A stretch of DNA of 32,000 nt, taken from NCBI GenBank assembly GCA_039594205.1, contig JBCNNW010000018.1:1-32000 (forward strand). The letters are read 5' to 3'. The stretch comes from Pseudescherichia sp. (lineage in GTDB: Bacteria > Pseudomonadota > Gammaproteobacteria > Enterobacterales > Enterobacteriaceae). Under the pieces are notes generated by a model. The model was not told where the DNA came from. It ran no database searches and saw only the letters and a list, made by a program, of their open reading frames with translations. Shown in pieces: positions 18,151 to 28,128 of this stretch (its first letter is position 1; every line of letters starts with the position of its first letter). The position numbers and the translations under genes were made by a program.

Positions 18151-18275
18151 TACCGTTTACCAGTATCTGCAGAAGTATGGCCTGAGGTACCACCCGTAAA
18201 TGGGAGCCGGGCATGGTAGAGGAAGAGACCCGCTTCTTCGGCCTCAAGCGCGAATGCGGACTGCACGAAGGGTGA
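18151..18275 (+). pseudogene. cysH: cysH 3'-terminal fragment (second, dead copy)
   Basis: This segment aligns with 4906-5077. By hand alignment there are 7 mismatches in 125 aligned nt plus a 47-nt deletion that creates an in-frame TAA. It reads [15 protein letters not shown] then, in another frame, [25 protein letters not shown]. Confidence 0.9.
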
Positions 18276-18293
18276 TATAACGCACCGGACGGA

Positions 18294-18324
18294 AAATGCT
18301 GACTTTAGGGTCGGCATTTTTTTG
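18294..18324 (+). terminator. duplicate copy of the cysH terminator
   Basis: atgctgac (18296-18303) pairs with gtcggcat (18310-18317), followed by a T run. It is homologous to 5094-5125. Confidence 0.7.
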
Positions 18325-18414
18325 GCTGAGAGTAGGAGGTAAGAAATTTAGGATAGGGTCAGGGTTGAAAGTAGCGGTAGAATCGAAATAGTTGGTGGAT
18401 ATAGGGTATGTGAA

Positions 18415-18870
18415 ATGAAGAGAGTATTACCAGGTATTGCTTTTTCCCTGCTGTATTTTCCCATGCTGGCTAGCGCTGCACTATATGAAGGCTCAGAGGC
18501 AAAAGCCTGTTTTGCTCAGCATGCTGATCCGAATCAGCAAGAAAAATGCCTTCAACAGAAAAAAAACGAGAGCGAATCACAGTTGGAAGGCGTCATTATA
18601 GAAACAAACAAAAACATTAAGGCTAATAACGTCGGTTTATTTAACGGAAAAGAAGACGCAGCAGAAACGTCAGGAGAGGTATACAGCAAACGTTTCTTAA
18701 ATGCCCAAAAGCTATGGAAGCAGTATAGAAAAAATCTATGCCTGGCAGTGGCCACAGAGATTAATGAAGATGCTTACGATTACCAAGCATTCATTGATCA
18801 GTGCGAGATTAATCTCAACAAAAGGCATATAGAAGAAATAAAAATGATGGGTATCCTTCCCGCCTCGTGA
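18415..18870 (+). CDS. secreted DUF1311 (LprI-like) domain protein
   Basis: 151-aa ORF with an N-terminal signal peptide (MKRVLPGIAFSLLYFPMLASA). Conserved Cys residues and the pattern FLNAQKLWKQYRKNLC match the DUF1311 signature L..Q..W..YR...C. The gene is visibly AT-rich. Confidence 0.7.
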   Translation: MKRVLPGIAFSLLYFPMLASAALYEGSEAKACFAQHADPNQQEKCLQQKKNESESQLEGVIIETNKNIKANNVGLFNGKEDAAETSGEVYSKRFLNAQKLWKQYRKNLCLAVATEINEDAYDYQAFIDQCEINLNKRHIEEIKMMGILPAS

Positions 18871-18872
18871 CT

Positions 18873-18929
18873 GCTCTTAAGCTTATTGTTAAAGATGGCG
18901 CTGAGATCGTCTCATTTAAGGAGCTATAG
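18873..18929 (+). pseudogene. mqsR: 3'-terminal remnant of an mqsR-family toxin gene
   Basis: The translation ALKLIVKDGAEIVSFKEL* resembles the E. coli MqsR C-terminus (YLKITVIHDVLIVSFKEK*, as recalled). Its stop lies 2 nt before the mqsA-like ATG, which is the usual mqsR-mqsA spacing. Confidence 0.55.
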
Positions 18930-18931
18930 AA

Positions 18932-19166
18932 ATGAAATGCCCTATCTGTGGCGGTGCAGATCTTAAACATGAAACCCGTGACGTTGAATACGAGTATAAA
19001 GGCCGTAAAACTACGGTATACGGTATTACCGGCGACTATTGCGATGCGTGTGGAGAGAGCATCTTAGATGATGACGCTGGCGAAACGTATATGGCGGCAA
19101 TCGGCACTTTTAATCGCGAGACTCGATAAGCACCCCGAAATTTTTGAAGAGCTAAAGCAAGCTTAA
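18932..19166 (+). pseudogene. mqsA: mqsA-family antitoxin with the HTH domain deleted; a 65-aa zinc-ribbon ORF remains (18932-19129)
   Basis: MKCPICGG...YCDACGESI is the YgiT/MqsA N-terminal CxxC...CxxC zinc ribbon. After the stop, a different frame reads LDKHPEIFEELKQA* (19122-19166), which matches the extreme C-terminus of MqsA (LDKHPELLNEIR). This implies an internal deletion of about 50 codons plus a frameshift. Confidence 0.65.
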
Positions 19167-19194
19167 TCTACTCCGACTAACTACAGCACTCATC

Positions 19195-19224
19195 GCCGGG
19201 CGGCGCTGCGCTTGCCCGGCCTAC
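19195..19224. repeat. REP element downstream of iap
   Basis: gccgggcggcgctgcgcttgcccggcctac is a palindrome (gccgggc/gcccggc) with a CCTAC tail. Confidence 0.6.
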
Positions 19225-19250
19225 AAAACCCAAATCCTGCACTATCAGAC

Positions 19251-20297
19251 TCAGGCACCTTTCTCCGCCTTCGCCAGCTCCTTCATCAGCGGCAGCATAA
19301 TACGCATCACGTCGCGGCTGCGGCGCTCAATGCGGCCGGGCAGAGCGTTATCGAGGAACTGCTGGTTATCCAGACGCACATTATGCCAGCTGGTGCCGTC
19401 GGGAAACGCTTTGGTCTTTGCCCGCTGCTGGTAGCCATCCTTTTTCCCCAGCGACCAGTTCGTAGCCTCGACGGAGAGCACCGGGATACCTGCGCGATCG
19501 AACACTTCGCTGTCGTGGCAGCAGTCGGTGCCTTTCGGATAGTCCGGGTTCAGGCCTGGATTCGTAGTGGCAGTAATACCGTGCTGGCGAGCAATGGCTA
19601 AAGCGCGATCCCGGGTCAGCTTGCGCACCGCAGCAGGCGTGCTTTTGCCACTGTTGAAGTAGAGCTTATCGCCGACGATCAGGTTATCGAGGTTGATCAC
19701 CAGCAAGGTGTTTTTCTTCTCGGCGTCGCTCATGCGCTGCAACAGATTCTCCGCCCCCATCCGTCCCTCCTCTTCACCGCTGGTGGCGATGAAACGAATG
19801 CCGTACTGAGTCTGCATATGCTTCATCTGGTCAGCCAGCTCCAGCATCACCCCCAGCCCGGCGGCGTTATCGTCGAGGCCCTGTAACGTCAGGCCGCCAA
19901 GGTTGTTATCGCTATCGGCATCGCTGCGCGGCGCGTAGGTATCGAGATGCGCCATCACAATGATCTGCTGAGCCAGCTTGCCTTCATGGGCGGCAATCAC
20001 CGTACTGCCGGTCACGTTGTGCCAGTTCTGGTTCTTATTGCGTGAGGTATAGATGTAGCGGCTGTTGAACTTGCGGATGTTGCTCTGGTAGCCCATCTGT
20101 TCAAACTGCTGGCGCAGATAGTCGGCTGAAAGCATCTCTGCAGGCGTACCGGTCATACGGCCAGGAAAATAGGTGGCAATGTGGCGAGCCTGCTCGCTGG
20201 CCATCTCGCCAGGCTGGCTGGATTTTGCCTGCGCAGGCACGGTAAAGCACACACCGAGCGCCAGAGCTATAGCAAGATGGCGCAATGCGGGAAACAT
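19251..20297 (-). CDS. iap: alkaline phosphatase isozyme conversion aminopeptidase (M28)
   Basis: 348-aa ORF colinear with E. coli Iap as recalled (MF.ALRH...ALALGVCF, ARHIATYFPGRMTGTPAEMLSADY, WHNVTGSTVIAAHEG). Confidence 0.95.
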   Translation of the reverse strand: MFPALRHLAIALALGVCFTVPAQAKSSQPGEMASEQARHIATYFPGRMTGTPAEMLSADYLRQQFEQMGYQSNIRKFNSRYIYTSRNKNQNWHNVTGSTVIAAHEGKLAQQIIVMAHLDTYAPRSDADSDNNLGGLTLQGLDDNAAGLGVMLELADQMKHMQTQYGIRFIATSGEEEGRMGAENLLQRMSDAEKKNTLLVINLDNLIVGDKLYFNSGKSTPAAVRKLTRDRALAIARQHGITATTNPGLNPDYPKGTDCCHDSEVFDRAGIPVLSVEATNWSLGKKDGYQQRAKTKAFPDGTSWHNVRLDNQQFLDNALPGRIERRSRDVMRIMLPLMKELAKAEKGA

Positions 20298-20595
20298 AGT
20301 GAGTCCTTAAAAGTGAAGCAAAATTTTTGACGTGCATAGTATGAAACTGTGATCGCAGTTACACAATTTCAATTACGCTCAAACACGCGGATTTTCTCAC
20401 GTTAAGCACTTTTTGATCTTTGCTTTTGCTTAACGTTATTCCATTGAGTAACTACTCATTCCAATTCGTAATTTCATTCGTCCTTAGACGCCCCCTATAG
20501 TCCCTCTATCCCTTGTTTTAAGCGACGCATGCGACGGATAACAGACGTACAGAACAGATCGTCTCGTGTAGTAAATTTCCCTTTAAGGAACGGTT
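20298..20595 (+). promoter_or_regulatory. iap/cysDNC divergent control region with candidate cysD promoter
   Basis: Candidate promoter is TTCATT (20473-20478), a 17-nt spacer, then TATAGT (20496-20501). Upstream T/A-rich tracts (ttattccattgagtaactactcattccaattcgtaatttc) lie where CysB sites are expected for cysDNC. Confidence 0.35.
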
Positions 20596-21504
20596 ATGGA
20601 TCAAAAACGACTCACCCACCTGCGACAACTGGAGGCGGAAAGCATCCATATCATTCGCGAGGTGGCGGCTGAATTCTCCAATCCGGTGATGATGTACTCC
20701 ATCGGCAAAGACTCCAGTGTGATGCTGCACCTGGCACGTAAGGCTTTTTATCCAGGTACGCTGCCTTTCCCGCTGCTGCATGTCGATACTGGCTGGAAAT
20801 TCCGTGAGATGTATGAGTTCCGTGACCGTACCGCCAAAGCCTACGGCTGCGAACTGCTGGTGCATAAAAACCCGGAAGGGGTGGCGATGGGTATCAACCC
20901 ATTTGTGCACGGCAGCGCCAAGCACACCGATATCATGAAGACGGAAGGGCTTAAGCAGGCGCTGAATAAGTACGGCTTTGACGCGGCATTTGGTGGCGCG
21001 CGCCGCGACGAGGAGAAGTCCCGCGCGAAAGAGCGTATCTACTCCTTCCGCGACCGCTTCCACCGCTGGGATCCGAAAAATCAGCGTCCGGAGCTGTGGC
21101 ACAACTACAACGGCCAGATCAACAAGGGCGAAAGCATCCGCGTCTTCCCGCTGTCGAACTGGACCGAGCTGGATATCTGGCAGTACATCTACCTGGAAAA
21201 CATTGAAATCGTTCCGCTCTACCTGGCGGCTGAACGTCCGGTGCTGGAACGTGACGGCATGCTGATGATGATCGATGACGATCGTATCGACCTGCAGCCG
21301 GGCGAAGAGATCAAACAGCGTATGGTGCGCTTCCGTACCCTTGGCTGCTGGCCGCTGACCGGCGCGGTAGAGTCTGACGCCCAGACGCTGCCGGAGATCA
21401 TCGAAGAGATGCTGGTCTCCACTACCAGCGAACGCCAGGGGCGCGTTATTGACCGCGACCAGGCTGGCTCGATGGAGCTGAAAAAACGCCAGGGATACTT
21501 CTAA
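20596..21504 (+). CDS. cysD: sulfate adenylyltransferase subunit 2
   Basis: 302-aa ORF in the PAPS-reductase-like ATP pyrophosphatase fold family ([12 protein letters not shown]), colinear with E. coli CysD. Confidence 0.98.
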   Translation: MDQKRLTHLRQLEAESIHIIREVAAEFSNPVMMYSIGKDSSVMLHLARKAFYPGTLPFPLLHVDTGWKFREMYEFRDRTAKAYGCELLVHKNPEGVAMGINPFVHGSAKHTDIMKTEGLKQALNKYGFDAAFGGARRDEEKSRAKERIYSFRDRFHRWDPKNQRPELWHNYNGQINKGESIRVFPLSNWTELDIWQYIYLENIEIVPLYLAAERPVLERDGMLMMIDDDRIDLQPGEEIKQRMVRFRTLGCWPLTGAVESDAQTLPEIIEEMLVSTTSERQGRVIDRDQAGSMELKKRQGYF

Positions 21505-21513
21505 GGAGCCGCC

Positions 21514-22941
21514 ATGAATACCACTATTGCCCAACAAATTGCTAACGAAGGCGGCGTCGAAGCGTACCTGCACGCCCAGCAGCACAAGAGCCTGTTGCGC
21601 TTCCTAACCTGCGGCAGCGTCGATGACGGTAAAAGCACCCTGATTGGCCGTCTGCTGCACGACACGCGCCAGATTTATGAAGATCAGCTCTCCACCTTGC
21701 ACAACGACAGCAAGCGCCACGGTACCCAGGGTGAAAAACTCGACCTCGCGCTACTGGTAGATGGCCTGCAGGCCGAGCGTGAGCAGGGCATCACCATTGA
21801 CGTGGCCTACCGCTACTTCTCTACCGAAAAACGTAAGTTCATTATCGCCGATACCCCAGGGCACGAGCAGTACACCCGTAACATGGCTACCGGGGCCTCT
21901 ACCTGCGATCTGGCGATCCTGCTGATTGATGCGCGTAAAGGTGTGCTGGATCAAACCCGTCGCCATAGCTTTATCTCTACCCTGCTGGGTATTAAGCATC
22001 TGGTGGTGGCAGTAAACAAAATGGACCTGGTCGAGTTCAGCGAAGAGACATTTGAAACGATTCGCCAGCAATACCTGACCTTTGCCGAACAGCTGCCGGG
22101 CAACCTCGACATCCGCTTCGTACCGCTGTCGGCACTGGAGGGAGATAACGTTGCCAGCCAGAGCGCGAGCATGCCATGGTACAGCGGCCCGACACTGCTG
22201 GAGGTGCTGGAGAGCGTTGAAATTCACCGCGTCGTCGATACTCAGCCGATGCGCTTCCCGGTGCAGTACGTTAACCGCCCGAATCTCGATTTCCGCGGCT
22301 TCTCCGGTACCGTGGCTTCCGGCAGCGTTAAGGTCGGCCAGCGCGTTAAGGTGTTGCCCTCTGGCGTAGAGTCCTCGGTGGCACGCATTGTCACGTTCGA
22401 TGGCGATCTGCCGGAAGCGGGCGCGGGCGAAGCGGTGACCCTGGTGCTGAAGGATGAGATTGACATCAGCCGTGGCGATCTGCTGCTGGATGCGCAGGAG
22501 AGCCTGCCAGCCGTGCAGAGCGCAGCGGTAGATGTGGTATGGATGGCTGAGCAGCCACTGAGTCCGGGCCAAAGCTATGATATCAAAATCGCCGGCAAGA
22601 AGACCCGTGCGCGGGTGGACGGCATTCAGTATCAGGTGGATATCAACAATCTCACCCAGCGCAGCGTTGATGCCCTGCCGCTCAACGGTATCGGCCTGGT
22701 TGACCTGACCTTTGACGAGCCGCTGGTGCTGGATAAGTACCAGGACAACCCGGTGACCGGCGGGATGATCTTTATCGATCGCCTGAGCAACGTCACCGTT
22801 GGTGCTGGCATGGTCAATCAGCCGAACGCTGATGCCGTGGCCGCGCCGTCTGAGTTCAGCGCCTTTGAGCTGGAGCTGAATGCGTTGGTACGCAAGCACT
22901 TCCCACACTGGGGCGCGCGCGATCTGCTGGGAGGCAAATAA
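21514..22941 (+). CDS. cysN: sulfate adenylyltransferase subunit 1 (GTPase)
   Basis: 475-aa ORF with GTPase motifs [14 protein letters not shown] and NKMD. Confidence 0.98.
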   Translation: MNTTIAQQIANEGGVEAYLHAQQHKSLLRFLTCGSVDDGKSTLIGRLLHDTRQIYEDQLSTLHNDSKRHGTQGEKLDLALLVDGLQAEREQGITIDVAYRYFSTEKRKFIIADTPGHEQYTRNMATGASTCDLAILLIDARKGVLDQTRRHSFISTLLGIKHLVVAVNKMDLVEFSEETFETIRQQYLTFAEQLPGNLDIRFVPLSALEGDNVASQSASMPWYSGPTLLEVLESVEIHRVVDTQPMRFPVQYVNRPNLDFRGFSGTVASGSVKVGQRVKVLPSGVESSVARIVTFDGDLPEAGAGEAVTLVLKDEIDISRGDLLLDAQESLPAVQSAAVDVVWMAEQPLSPGQSYDIKIAGKKTRARVDGIQYQVDINNLTQRSVDALPLNGIGLVDLTFDEPLVLDKYQDNPVTGGMIFIDRLSNVTVGAGMVNQPNADAVAAPSEFSAFELELNALVRKHFPHWGARDLLGGK

Positions 22942-23546
22942 TGGCGGATCATGACGAGAACGTCGTCTGGCACGCCCATCCTGTTACCGTGCAGCAGCGG
23001 GAGCAACTCCACGGTCACCGTGGGGTTGTGCTGTGGTTTACCGGGCTATCCGGCTCGGGTAAATCCACGGTCGCCGGTGCGCTGGAGGAGGCGCTGCATC
23101 AGCTGGGCGTCAGCACCTACCTGCTCGACGGGGACAACGTGCGTCACGGGCTGTGCAGCGATCTGGGCTTCAGCGACGACGATCGCAAAGAGAACATTCG
23201 CCGCGTGGGCGAGGTAGCCCGGCTGATGGTGGATGCAGGCCTGGTTGTGCTGACTGCTTTCATCTCTCCGCATCGTGCAGAGCGGCAGATGGTGCGCGAG
23301 CGCGTAGGCGAGGGGCGTTTCTACGAGGTTTTTGTGGATACCTCTCTGGCTACCTGCGAAGCGCGGGATCCCAAAGGGCTGTATAAAAAGGCGCGTGCCG
23401 GTGAGCTACGCCATTTTACCGGGATCGATTCCGTCTATGAGGCTCCCGTCTCGCCAGAGGTGCATCTCGATGGCGAACAATTGGTAACAAATTTGGTGGC
23501 TCAATTATTAGATCTACTGAAACGGGACGATATTATCAGATCCTGA
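22941..23546 (+). CDS. cysC: adenylyl-sulfate (APS) kinase
   Basis: 201-aa ORF with the P-loop GLSGSGKST. Its start overlaps the cysN stop. Confidence 0.98.
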   Translation: MADHDENVVWHAHPVTVQQREQLHGHRGVVLWFTGLSGSGKSTVAGALEEALHQLGVSTYLLDGDNVRHGLCSDLGFSDDDRKENIRRVGEVARLMVDAGLVVLTAFISPHRAERQMVRERVGEGRFYEVFVDTSLATCEARDPKGLYKKARAGELRHFTGIDSVYEAPVSPEVHLDGEQLVTNLVAQLLDLLKRDDIIRS

Positions 23547-23593
23547 GACAACGCCGGGTGTTGCGCCCGGCAAGTCAGGTCACAGGATCCACT

Positions 23594-23917
23594 ATGCGCA
23601 ATAGCCAGAATATTACTATCACTCCCTCTGAAACCGGCGTTGCCAACGAAGAGACCACCTGGTCATTGCCCGGGGCCGTCGTTGGCTTCGCCTCATGGCT
23701 GCTGGCGCTAAGCATACCGTTTCTGCTGTATGGCTCTAACACCCTCTTTTTCTTTCTCTATACCTGGCCGTTCTTTCTGGCGCTAATGCCCGTTGCGGTA
23801 GTAGTCGGCGTTGCTATCCACTCCTTGCTCAACGGCAGGCTGGTCTATAGTAGCCTGGCAACGGCGCTGGCCAGCGTCGCGATGTTCAGCATTCTATTCA
23901 TGTGGCTAATGGGTTAA
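23594..23917 (+). CDS. ygbE: inner membrane protein YgbE (DUF3561)
   Basis: MRNSQNITI...EETTWSLPGAVVGF matches E. coli YgbE from its first residue, so I prefer the ATG at 23594 over the upstream non-ATG start at 23558 in the ORF track. Confidence 0.88.
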   Translation: MRNSQNITITPSETGVANEETTWSLPGAVVGFASWLLALSIPFLLYGSNTLFFFLYTWPFFLALMPVAVVVGVAIHSLLNGRLVYSSLATALASVAMFSILFMWLMG

Positions 23918-24086
23918 AGCAAGCCATAATTCAAACCGTAACGCTTTTTAAGACGATGTTTCCAGGCCTGGACAGTGCCTGGAGCGGGTGAGGTATGGTA
24001 CATTTGGCAGCGTCGTTGCGGTATCGGCTTAGAGTGGAGTCCTGGCGTAAGTTATGGGATGATGATGCCGTTTTACAGGGGGCAGG

Positions 24087-24398
24087 ATGGGTAAATTAAC
24101 GCTGCTGTTGCTGGCTTTGCTGGTCTGGCTACAGTATTCATTGTGGTTTGGCAAGAATGGCCTCCACGACTTCAGCCGCGTCAGCGATGATGTCACGGTA
24201 CAGCAGGCAACAAACGCTAAGCTAAAAGCGCGAAACGATCAGCTGTTCGCCGAGATTGACGATCTCAACGGCGGCCAGGAGGCGATTGAAGAGCGCGCAC
24301 GTAACGAACTCAGTATGACCAGGCCGGGCGAAACCTTTTATCGTCTGGTTCCGGATGCGTCTAAACGCAGCCCAGGGTCACCACAAAATAGTCGATAA
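24087..24398 (+). CDS. ftsB: cell division protein FtsB
   Basis: 103-aa [28 protein letters not shown] plus a coiled coil is typical of FtsB. Confidence 0.96.
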   Translation: MGKLTLLLLALLVWLQYSLWFGKNGLHDFSRVSDDVTVQQATNAKLKARNDQLFAEIDDLNGGQEAIEERARNELSMTRPGETFYRLVPDASKRSPGSPQNSR

Positions 24399-24421
24399 CA
24401 AACAGGCCCAGGTTTTCTTAC

Positions 24422-25129
24422 ATGGCAGCAAAAGCTCCGGCCATCTGTGCCGTCGTACCGGCCGCCGGATTTGGCCGTCGTATGCAAACGGAATGCCCTA
24501 AACAGTATCTTTCGATTGGTAATAAAACCATCCTTGAACACTCGGTTGCGGCGTTGCTGGCTAATCCGCGTGTTGAGAGGGTGATTATTGCCGTCAGTCC
24601 TGGCGACGAGCGCTTCGCCGGGCTACCGCTGGCGCATCATCCTCAAATCACCGTGGTTGACGGCGGCGCTGAGCGTGCCGATTCGGTGCTGGCTGGCCTA
24701 CACGCTGCCGGTGACGCCGGGTGGGTGCTGGTGCACGATGCGGCTCGCCCCTGCCTGCATCAGGACGATCTCTCCCGTCTGCTCTCTCTCTTTGAAACCA
24801 GCCGTACGGGTGGCATTCTGGCCGCCCCGGTGCGCGATACCATGAAGCGCGCTGAGCCAGGCAAGACCGCTATCGCCCACACCGTGGAGCGTAACGATCT
24901 CTGGCACGCGCTGACCCCACAGTTTTTTCCGCTGGCGCTGCTGAAGATGTGCCTGACGCGGGCGCTTAACGACGGCGCGACCATCACCGATGAAGCGTCA
25001 GCGCTGGAGCACTGCGGCTACCATCCCGAGCTGATCGCCGGTCGCGCTGATAATATTAAAGTGACGCGGCCTGAAGACCTGGCGCTGGCAGAATTTTATC
25101 TTACCCGTAACGCCTCTATGGAGAACTGA
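24422..25129 (+). CDS. ispD: 2-C-methyl-D-erythritol 4-phosphate cytidylyltransferase
   Basis: 235-aa ORF with [21 protein letters not shown] and [10 protein letters not shown] motifs. Confidence 0.97.
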   Translation: MAAKAPAICAVVPAAGFGRRMQTECPKQYLSIGNKTILEHSVAALLANPRVERVIIAVSPGDERFAGLPLAHHPQITVVDGGAERADSVLAGLHAAGDAGWVLVHDAARPCLHQDDLSRLLSLFETSRTGGILAAPVRDTMKRAEPGKTAIAHTVERNDLWHALTPQFFPLALLKMCLTRALNDGATITDEASALEHCGYHPELIAGRADNIKVTRPEDLALAEFYLTRNASMEN

Positions 25130-25131
25130 CA

Positions 25132-25611
25132 ATGCGTATTGGACACGGCTTTGACGTACACGCTTTTGGCGGCGAAGGCCCGATTATCATCGGTGGCGTA
25201 CGTATTCCCTATGAAAAAGGCCTGCTGGCGCACTCCGATGGCGACGTGGCCCTGCATGCGTTAACCGATGCGCTGCTTGGCGCGGCGGCGCTGGGGGATA
25301 TCGGTAAACTCTTTCCGGATACCGATCCGGCGTTTAAAGGTGCGGACAGCCGCGAGCTGCTGCGCGAGGCCTGGCGTCGTATTCAGGCAAAAGGCTATAC
25401 CCTTGGCAACGTTGATGTGACGATTATCGCCCAGGCACCAAAAATGCTGCCGCATATCCCGCAGATGCGCATCTTTATTGCCGAAGATCTCGGCTGCCAC
25501 ATGGATGACGTCAACGTTAAGGCTACCACCACCGAAAAGCTGGGCTTTACCGGGCGCGGGGAAGGTATTGCCTGCGAAGCCGTGGCGCTGTTGAACAAGG
25601 CGGCTAAATGA
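25132..25611 (+). CDS. ispF: 2-C-methyl-D-erythritol 2,4-cyclodiphosphate synthase
   Basis: 159-aa ORF with [12 protein letters not shown] and HSDGDV motifs. Confidence 0.98.
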   Translation: MRIGHGFDVHAFGGEGPIIIGGVRIPYEKGLLAHSDGDVALHALTDALLGAAALGDIGKLFPDTDPAFKGADSRELLREAWRRIQAKGYTLGNVDVTIIAQAPKMLPHIPQMRIFIAEDLGCHMDDVNVKATTTEKLGFTGRGEGIACEAVALLNKAAK

Positions 25612-26657
25612 CCGAGTTTGACGCACTGACGTACCTGCACGGCAAACCTCAGGGCAGCGGCCTGCTGAAGGCCAATCCGGAAGATTTCGTCGTGATAGAA
25701 GATTTAGGCTTCGCCCCCGACGGCGAGGGCGAGCATATTCTGGTGCGAGTGCGCAAAACCGGCTGCAATACCCGCTTTGTCGCCGACGCGCTGGCAAAGT
25801 TCCTTAAGGTCCATGCCCGGGAGATTAGCTTTGCCGGGCAGAAAGATAAGCATGCGGTGACCGAGCAGTGGCTCTGCGCCCGTGTGCCGGGTAAAGAGAT
25901 GCCGGATCTCAGCGCATTTCAGCTGGAAGGCTGCCAGGTGCTGGAGTACGCCCGCCACAAACGCAAGCTGCGGCTGGGGGCGTTGCAGGGCAACCAGTTC
26001 ACCCTGGTGCTGCGCGAGGTGAGCGATCGTGCCGACCTCGCGTCGCGTCTCACAGCCATCGCGGAACAGGGCGTACCGAACTACTTTGGCGCGCAGCGTT
26101 TTGGTATCAACGGCAGCAACCTGCACGGTGCGCTGCGCTGGGCGCAGAGCGATGCCCCGGTGCGCGATCGCAATAAGCGCAGTTTTTGGTTGTCGGCGGC
26201 TCGCAGCGCGTTGTTTAATCAGATCGTTAGCGAGCGCCTGAAAAAAGCGGACTTTAATCAAGTTGTTGACGGTGATGCGCTACAATTAGCGGGGCGCGGA
26301 AGCTGGTTCGTGGCGACGCCGGAAGAGCTGGCGGCGCTGCAGGCGCGTGTCGATGATAAAGCGCTAATGATTACCGCTGCGCTGCCGGGCACCGGCGAGT
26401 GGGGAACCCAGCGCGAGGCGCTGGCGCGCGAAGAGGCGGCCATTAGCGATTCGCCTCTGCTGCAGTCCCTGCTGGTGCGCGAAAAGGTTGAGGCCTCGCG
26501 CCGGGCCGCGCTGCTCTATCCGCAGCAGCTGAGCTGGGCGTGGCGGGACGATGTGACCGTTGAGCTGCGCTTCTGGCTGCCGGCTGGCAGCTTTGCCACC
26601 AGCGTTGTAAGGGAACTTATCAATACATCGGGTGAACATGCGAATTTTGCTGAGTAA
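25608..26657 (+). CDS. truD: tRNA pseudouridine(13) synthase
   Basis: 349-aa ORF that overlaps the ispF stop by 4 nt. It is colinear with E. coli TruD ([24 protein letters not shown]). Confidence 0.97.
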   Translation: MTEFDALTYLHGKPQGSGLLKANPEDFVVIEDLGFAPDGEGEHILVRVRKTGCNTRFVADALAKFLKVHAREISFAGQKDKHAVTEQWLCARVPGKEMPDLSAFQLEGCQVLEYARHKRKLRLGALQGNQFTLVLREVSDRADLASRLTAIAEQGVPNYFGAQRFGINGSNLHGALRWAQSDAPVRDRNKRSFWLSAARSALFNQIVSERLKKADFNQVVDGDALQLAGRGSWFVATPEELAALQARVDDKALMITAALPGTGEWGTQREALAREEAAISDSPLLQSLLVREKVEASRRAALLYPQQLSWAWRDDVTVELRFWLPAGSFATSVVRELINTSGEHANFAE

Positions 26658-27399
26658 CGATGACGGTATCCATGCGCCAGGCATTCAGACTCTGGCGCAT
26701 GCTTTACGGGAATTTGCCGATGTGCAGGTTGTCGCGCCCGATCGTAACCGCAGCGGAGCCTCTAACTCCCTGACGCTGGAATCTTCCCTTCGGACCTTTA
26801 CCTTCGAGAATGGCGATATCGCCGTGCAGATGGGCACGCCCACCGACTGCGTTTTTCTGGGCGTCAATGCGCTGATGCGCCCGCGTCCGGACGTGGTGAT
26901 TGCCGGGATCAACGCCGGGCCAAACCTTGGCGACGATGTGATCTACTCCGGAACCGTGGCCGCGGCAATGGAGGGGCGTCATCTTGGTTTCCCCGCGCTG
27001 GCGGTCTCGCTTAACGGCTACACGCACTACGACACCGCCGCCGCGGTAACCTGCTCCATTCTGCGCGCCCTGAGCCGGGAGCCGCTGCGCACTGGTCGGA
27101 TCCTGAATATTAACGTGCCCGATCTGCCGCTTGATGAGATCAAAGGCATTCGTGTCACCCGCTGCGGCAGCCGCCATCCGGCGGATAAGGTGATCCCGCA
27201 GGAGGATCCGCGCGGCAATACGCTCTACTGGATTGGTCCGCCGGGTGAAAAGCACGACGCCGGGCCGGACACCGACTTTGCCGCCGTGGATGAAGGCTAC
27301 GTCTCGGTAACGCCGCTGCATGTGGATCTTACCGCACACAGCGCGCATGATGTTGTTTCGGACTGGTTAAGCCGTGCCGGAGTGAACACGCAATGGTAA
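26638..27399 (+). CDS. surE: 5'/3'-nucleotidase SurE
   Basis: [16 protein letters not shown] matches the E. coli SurE N-terminus. The ORF track's start at 26632 adds two residues (MN), so the start is ambiguous by 6 nt. Confidence 0.95.
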   Translation: MRILLSNDDGIHAPGIQTLAHALREFADVQVVAPDRNRSGASNSLTLESSLRTFTFENGDIAVQMGTPTDCVFLGVNALMRPRPDVVIAGINAGPNLGDDVIYSGTVAAAMEGRHLGFPALAVSLNGYTHYDTAAAVTCSILRALSREPLRTGRILNINVPDLPLDEIKGIRVTRCGSRHPADKVIPQEDPRGNTLYWIGPPGEKHDAGPDTDFAAVDEGYVSVTPLHVDLTAHSAHDVVSDWLSRAGVNTQW

Positions 27400-28019
27400 G
27401 CAGACGCGTACAAGCCCTTCTCGATCAGTTACGCAGCCAGGGCATCAAAGATGAACATGTCCTGGAGGCAATCGCACGGGTTCCCCGTGAGAAATTTATT
27501 GATGAAGCGTTTGAACACAAAGCGTGGGAGAACGTCGCGTTACCTATCGGTCAGGGACAAACTATTTCGCAGCCTTATATGGTAGCGCGTATGACCGAGC
27601 TGCTGGCCCTGACGCCGGACTCAAGAGTACTGGAGATTGGCACCGGCTCGGGCTACCAGACGGCGATTCTGGCGCATCTGGTGCGCCATGTCTGCTCCGT
27701 CGAGCGAATCAAGAGCCTACAGTGGCAGGCGCGTCGCCGCCTGAAGCAGCTCGATCTGCACAACGTTTCAACCCGTCATGGCGATGGCTGGCAAGGGTGG
27801 CAGGCACGCGCCCCGTTTGATGCCATCATTGTGACGGCCGCACCGCCGGAGATCCCCGCCGCGCTTCTGTCGCAGCTGGATAACGGCGGTATTCTCGTTT
27901 TGCCCGTGGGCGATGAGCACCAGCAGCTGAAGTGCATCCATCGACGGGGAAGCGAATTTATCATCGAAACCGTGGAAGATGTACGCTTTGTCCCGCTAGT
28001 GAGAGGCGAACTGGCCTGA
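27393..28019 (+). CDS. pcm: protein-L-isoaspartate O-methyltransferase
   Basis: 208-aa ORF with the SAM-binding motif [13 protein letters not shown]. It overlaps the surE end. Confidence 0.97.
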   Translation: MVSRRVQALLDQLRSQGIKDEHVLEAIARVPREKFIDEAFEHKAWENVALPIGQGQTISQPYMVARMTELLALTPDSRVLEIGTGSGYQTAILAHLVRHVCSVERIKSLQWQARRRLKQLDLHNVSTRHGDGWQGWQARAPFDAIIVTAAPPEIPAALLSQLDNGGILVLPVGDEHQQLKCIHRRGSEFIIETVEDVRFVPLVRGELA

Positions 28020-28128
28020 GACCCGGATTTTTCCTAAAGTTTTCAGCGAGTTTAAGCGTAAGGTGGGGCGGCGTTTACTAACGCCACGATTTTCAACACG
28101 CACAAGTAAATACATTTTTGGGGGATAA

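Noticed and set aside
17012-18247. Minus-strand ORFs of 68-143 aa across array 2 with recurring peptides (YPHACGER, LSPRMWGT, FIPTHVGNA).
   Set aside because: Same artefact: repeat-derived reading frames in a CRISPR array.
20518-22908. Long antisense ORFs opposite cysD (355 aa) and cysN (385 aa).
   Set aside because: Shadow ORFs, by the same reasoning. The sense strand encodes unmistakable CysD and CysN.
23558-23593. Upstream start giving a 119-aa YgbE.
   Set aside because: The E. coli YgbE homologue begins at MRNS..., which corresponds to the ATG at 23594. The extension starts at a non-ATG codon and has no homology support.
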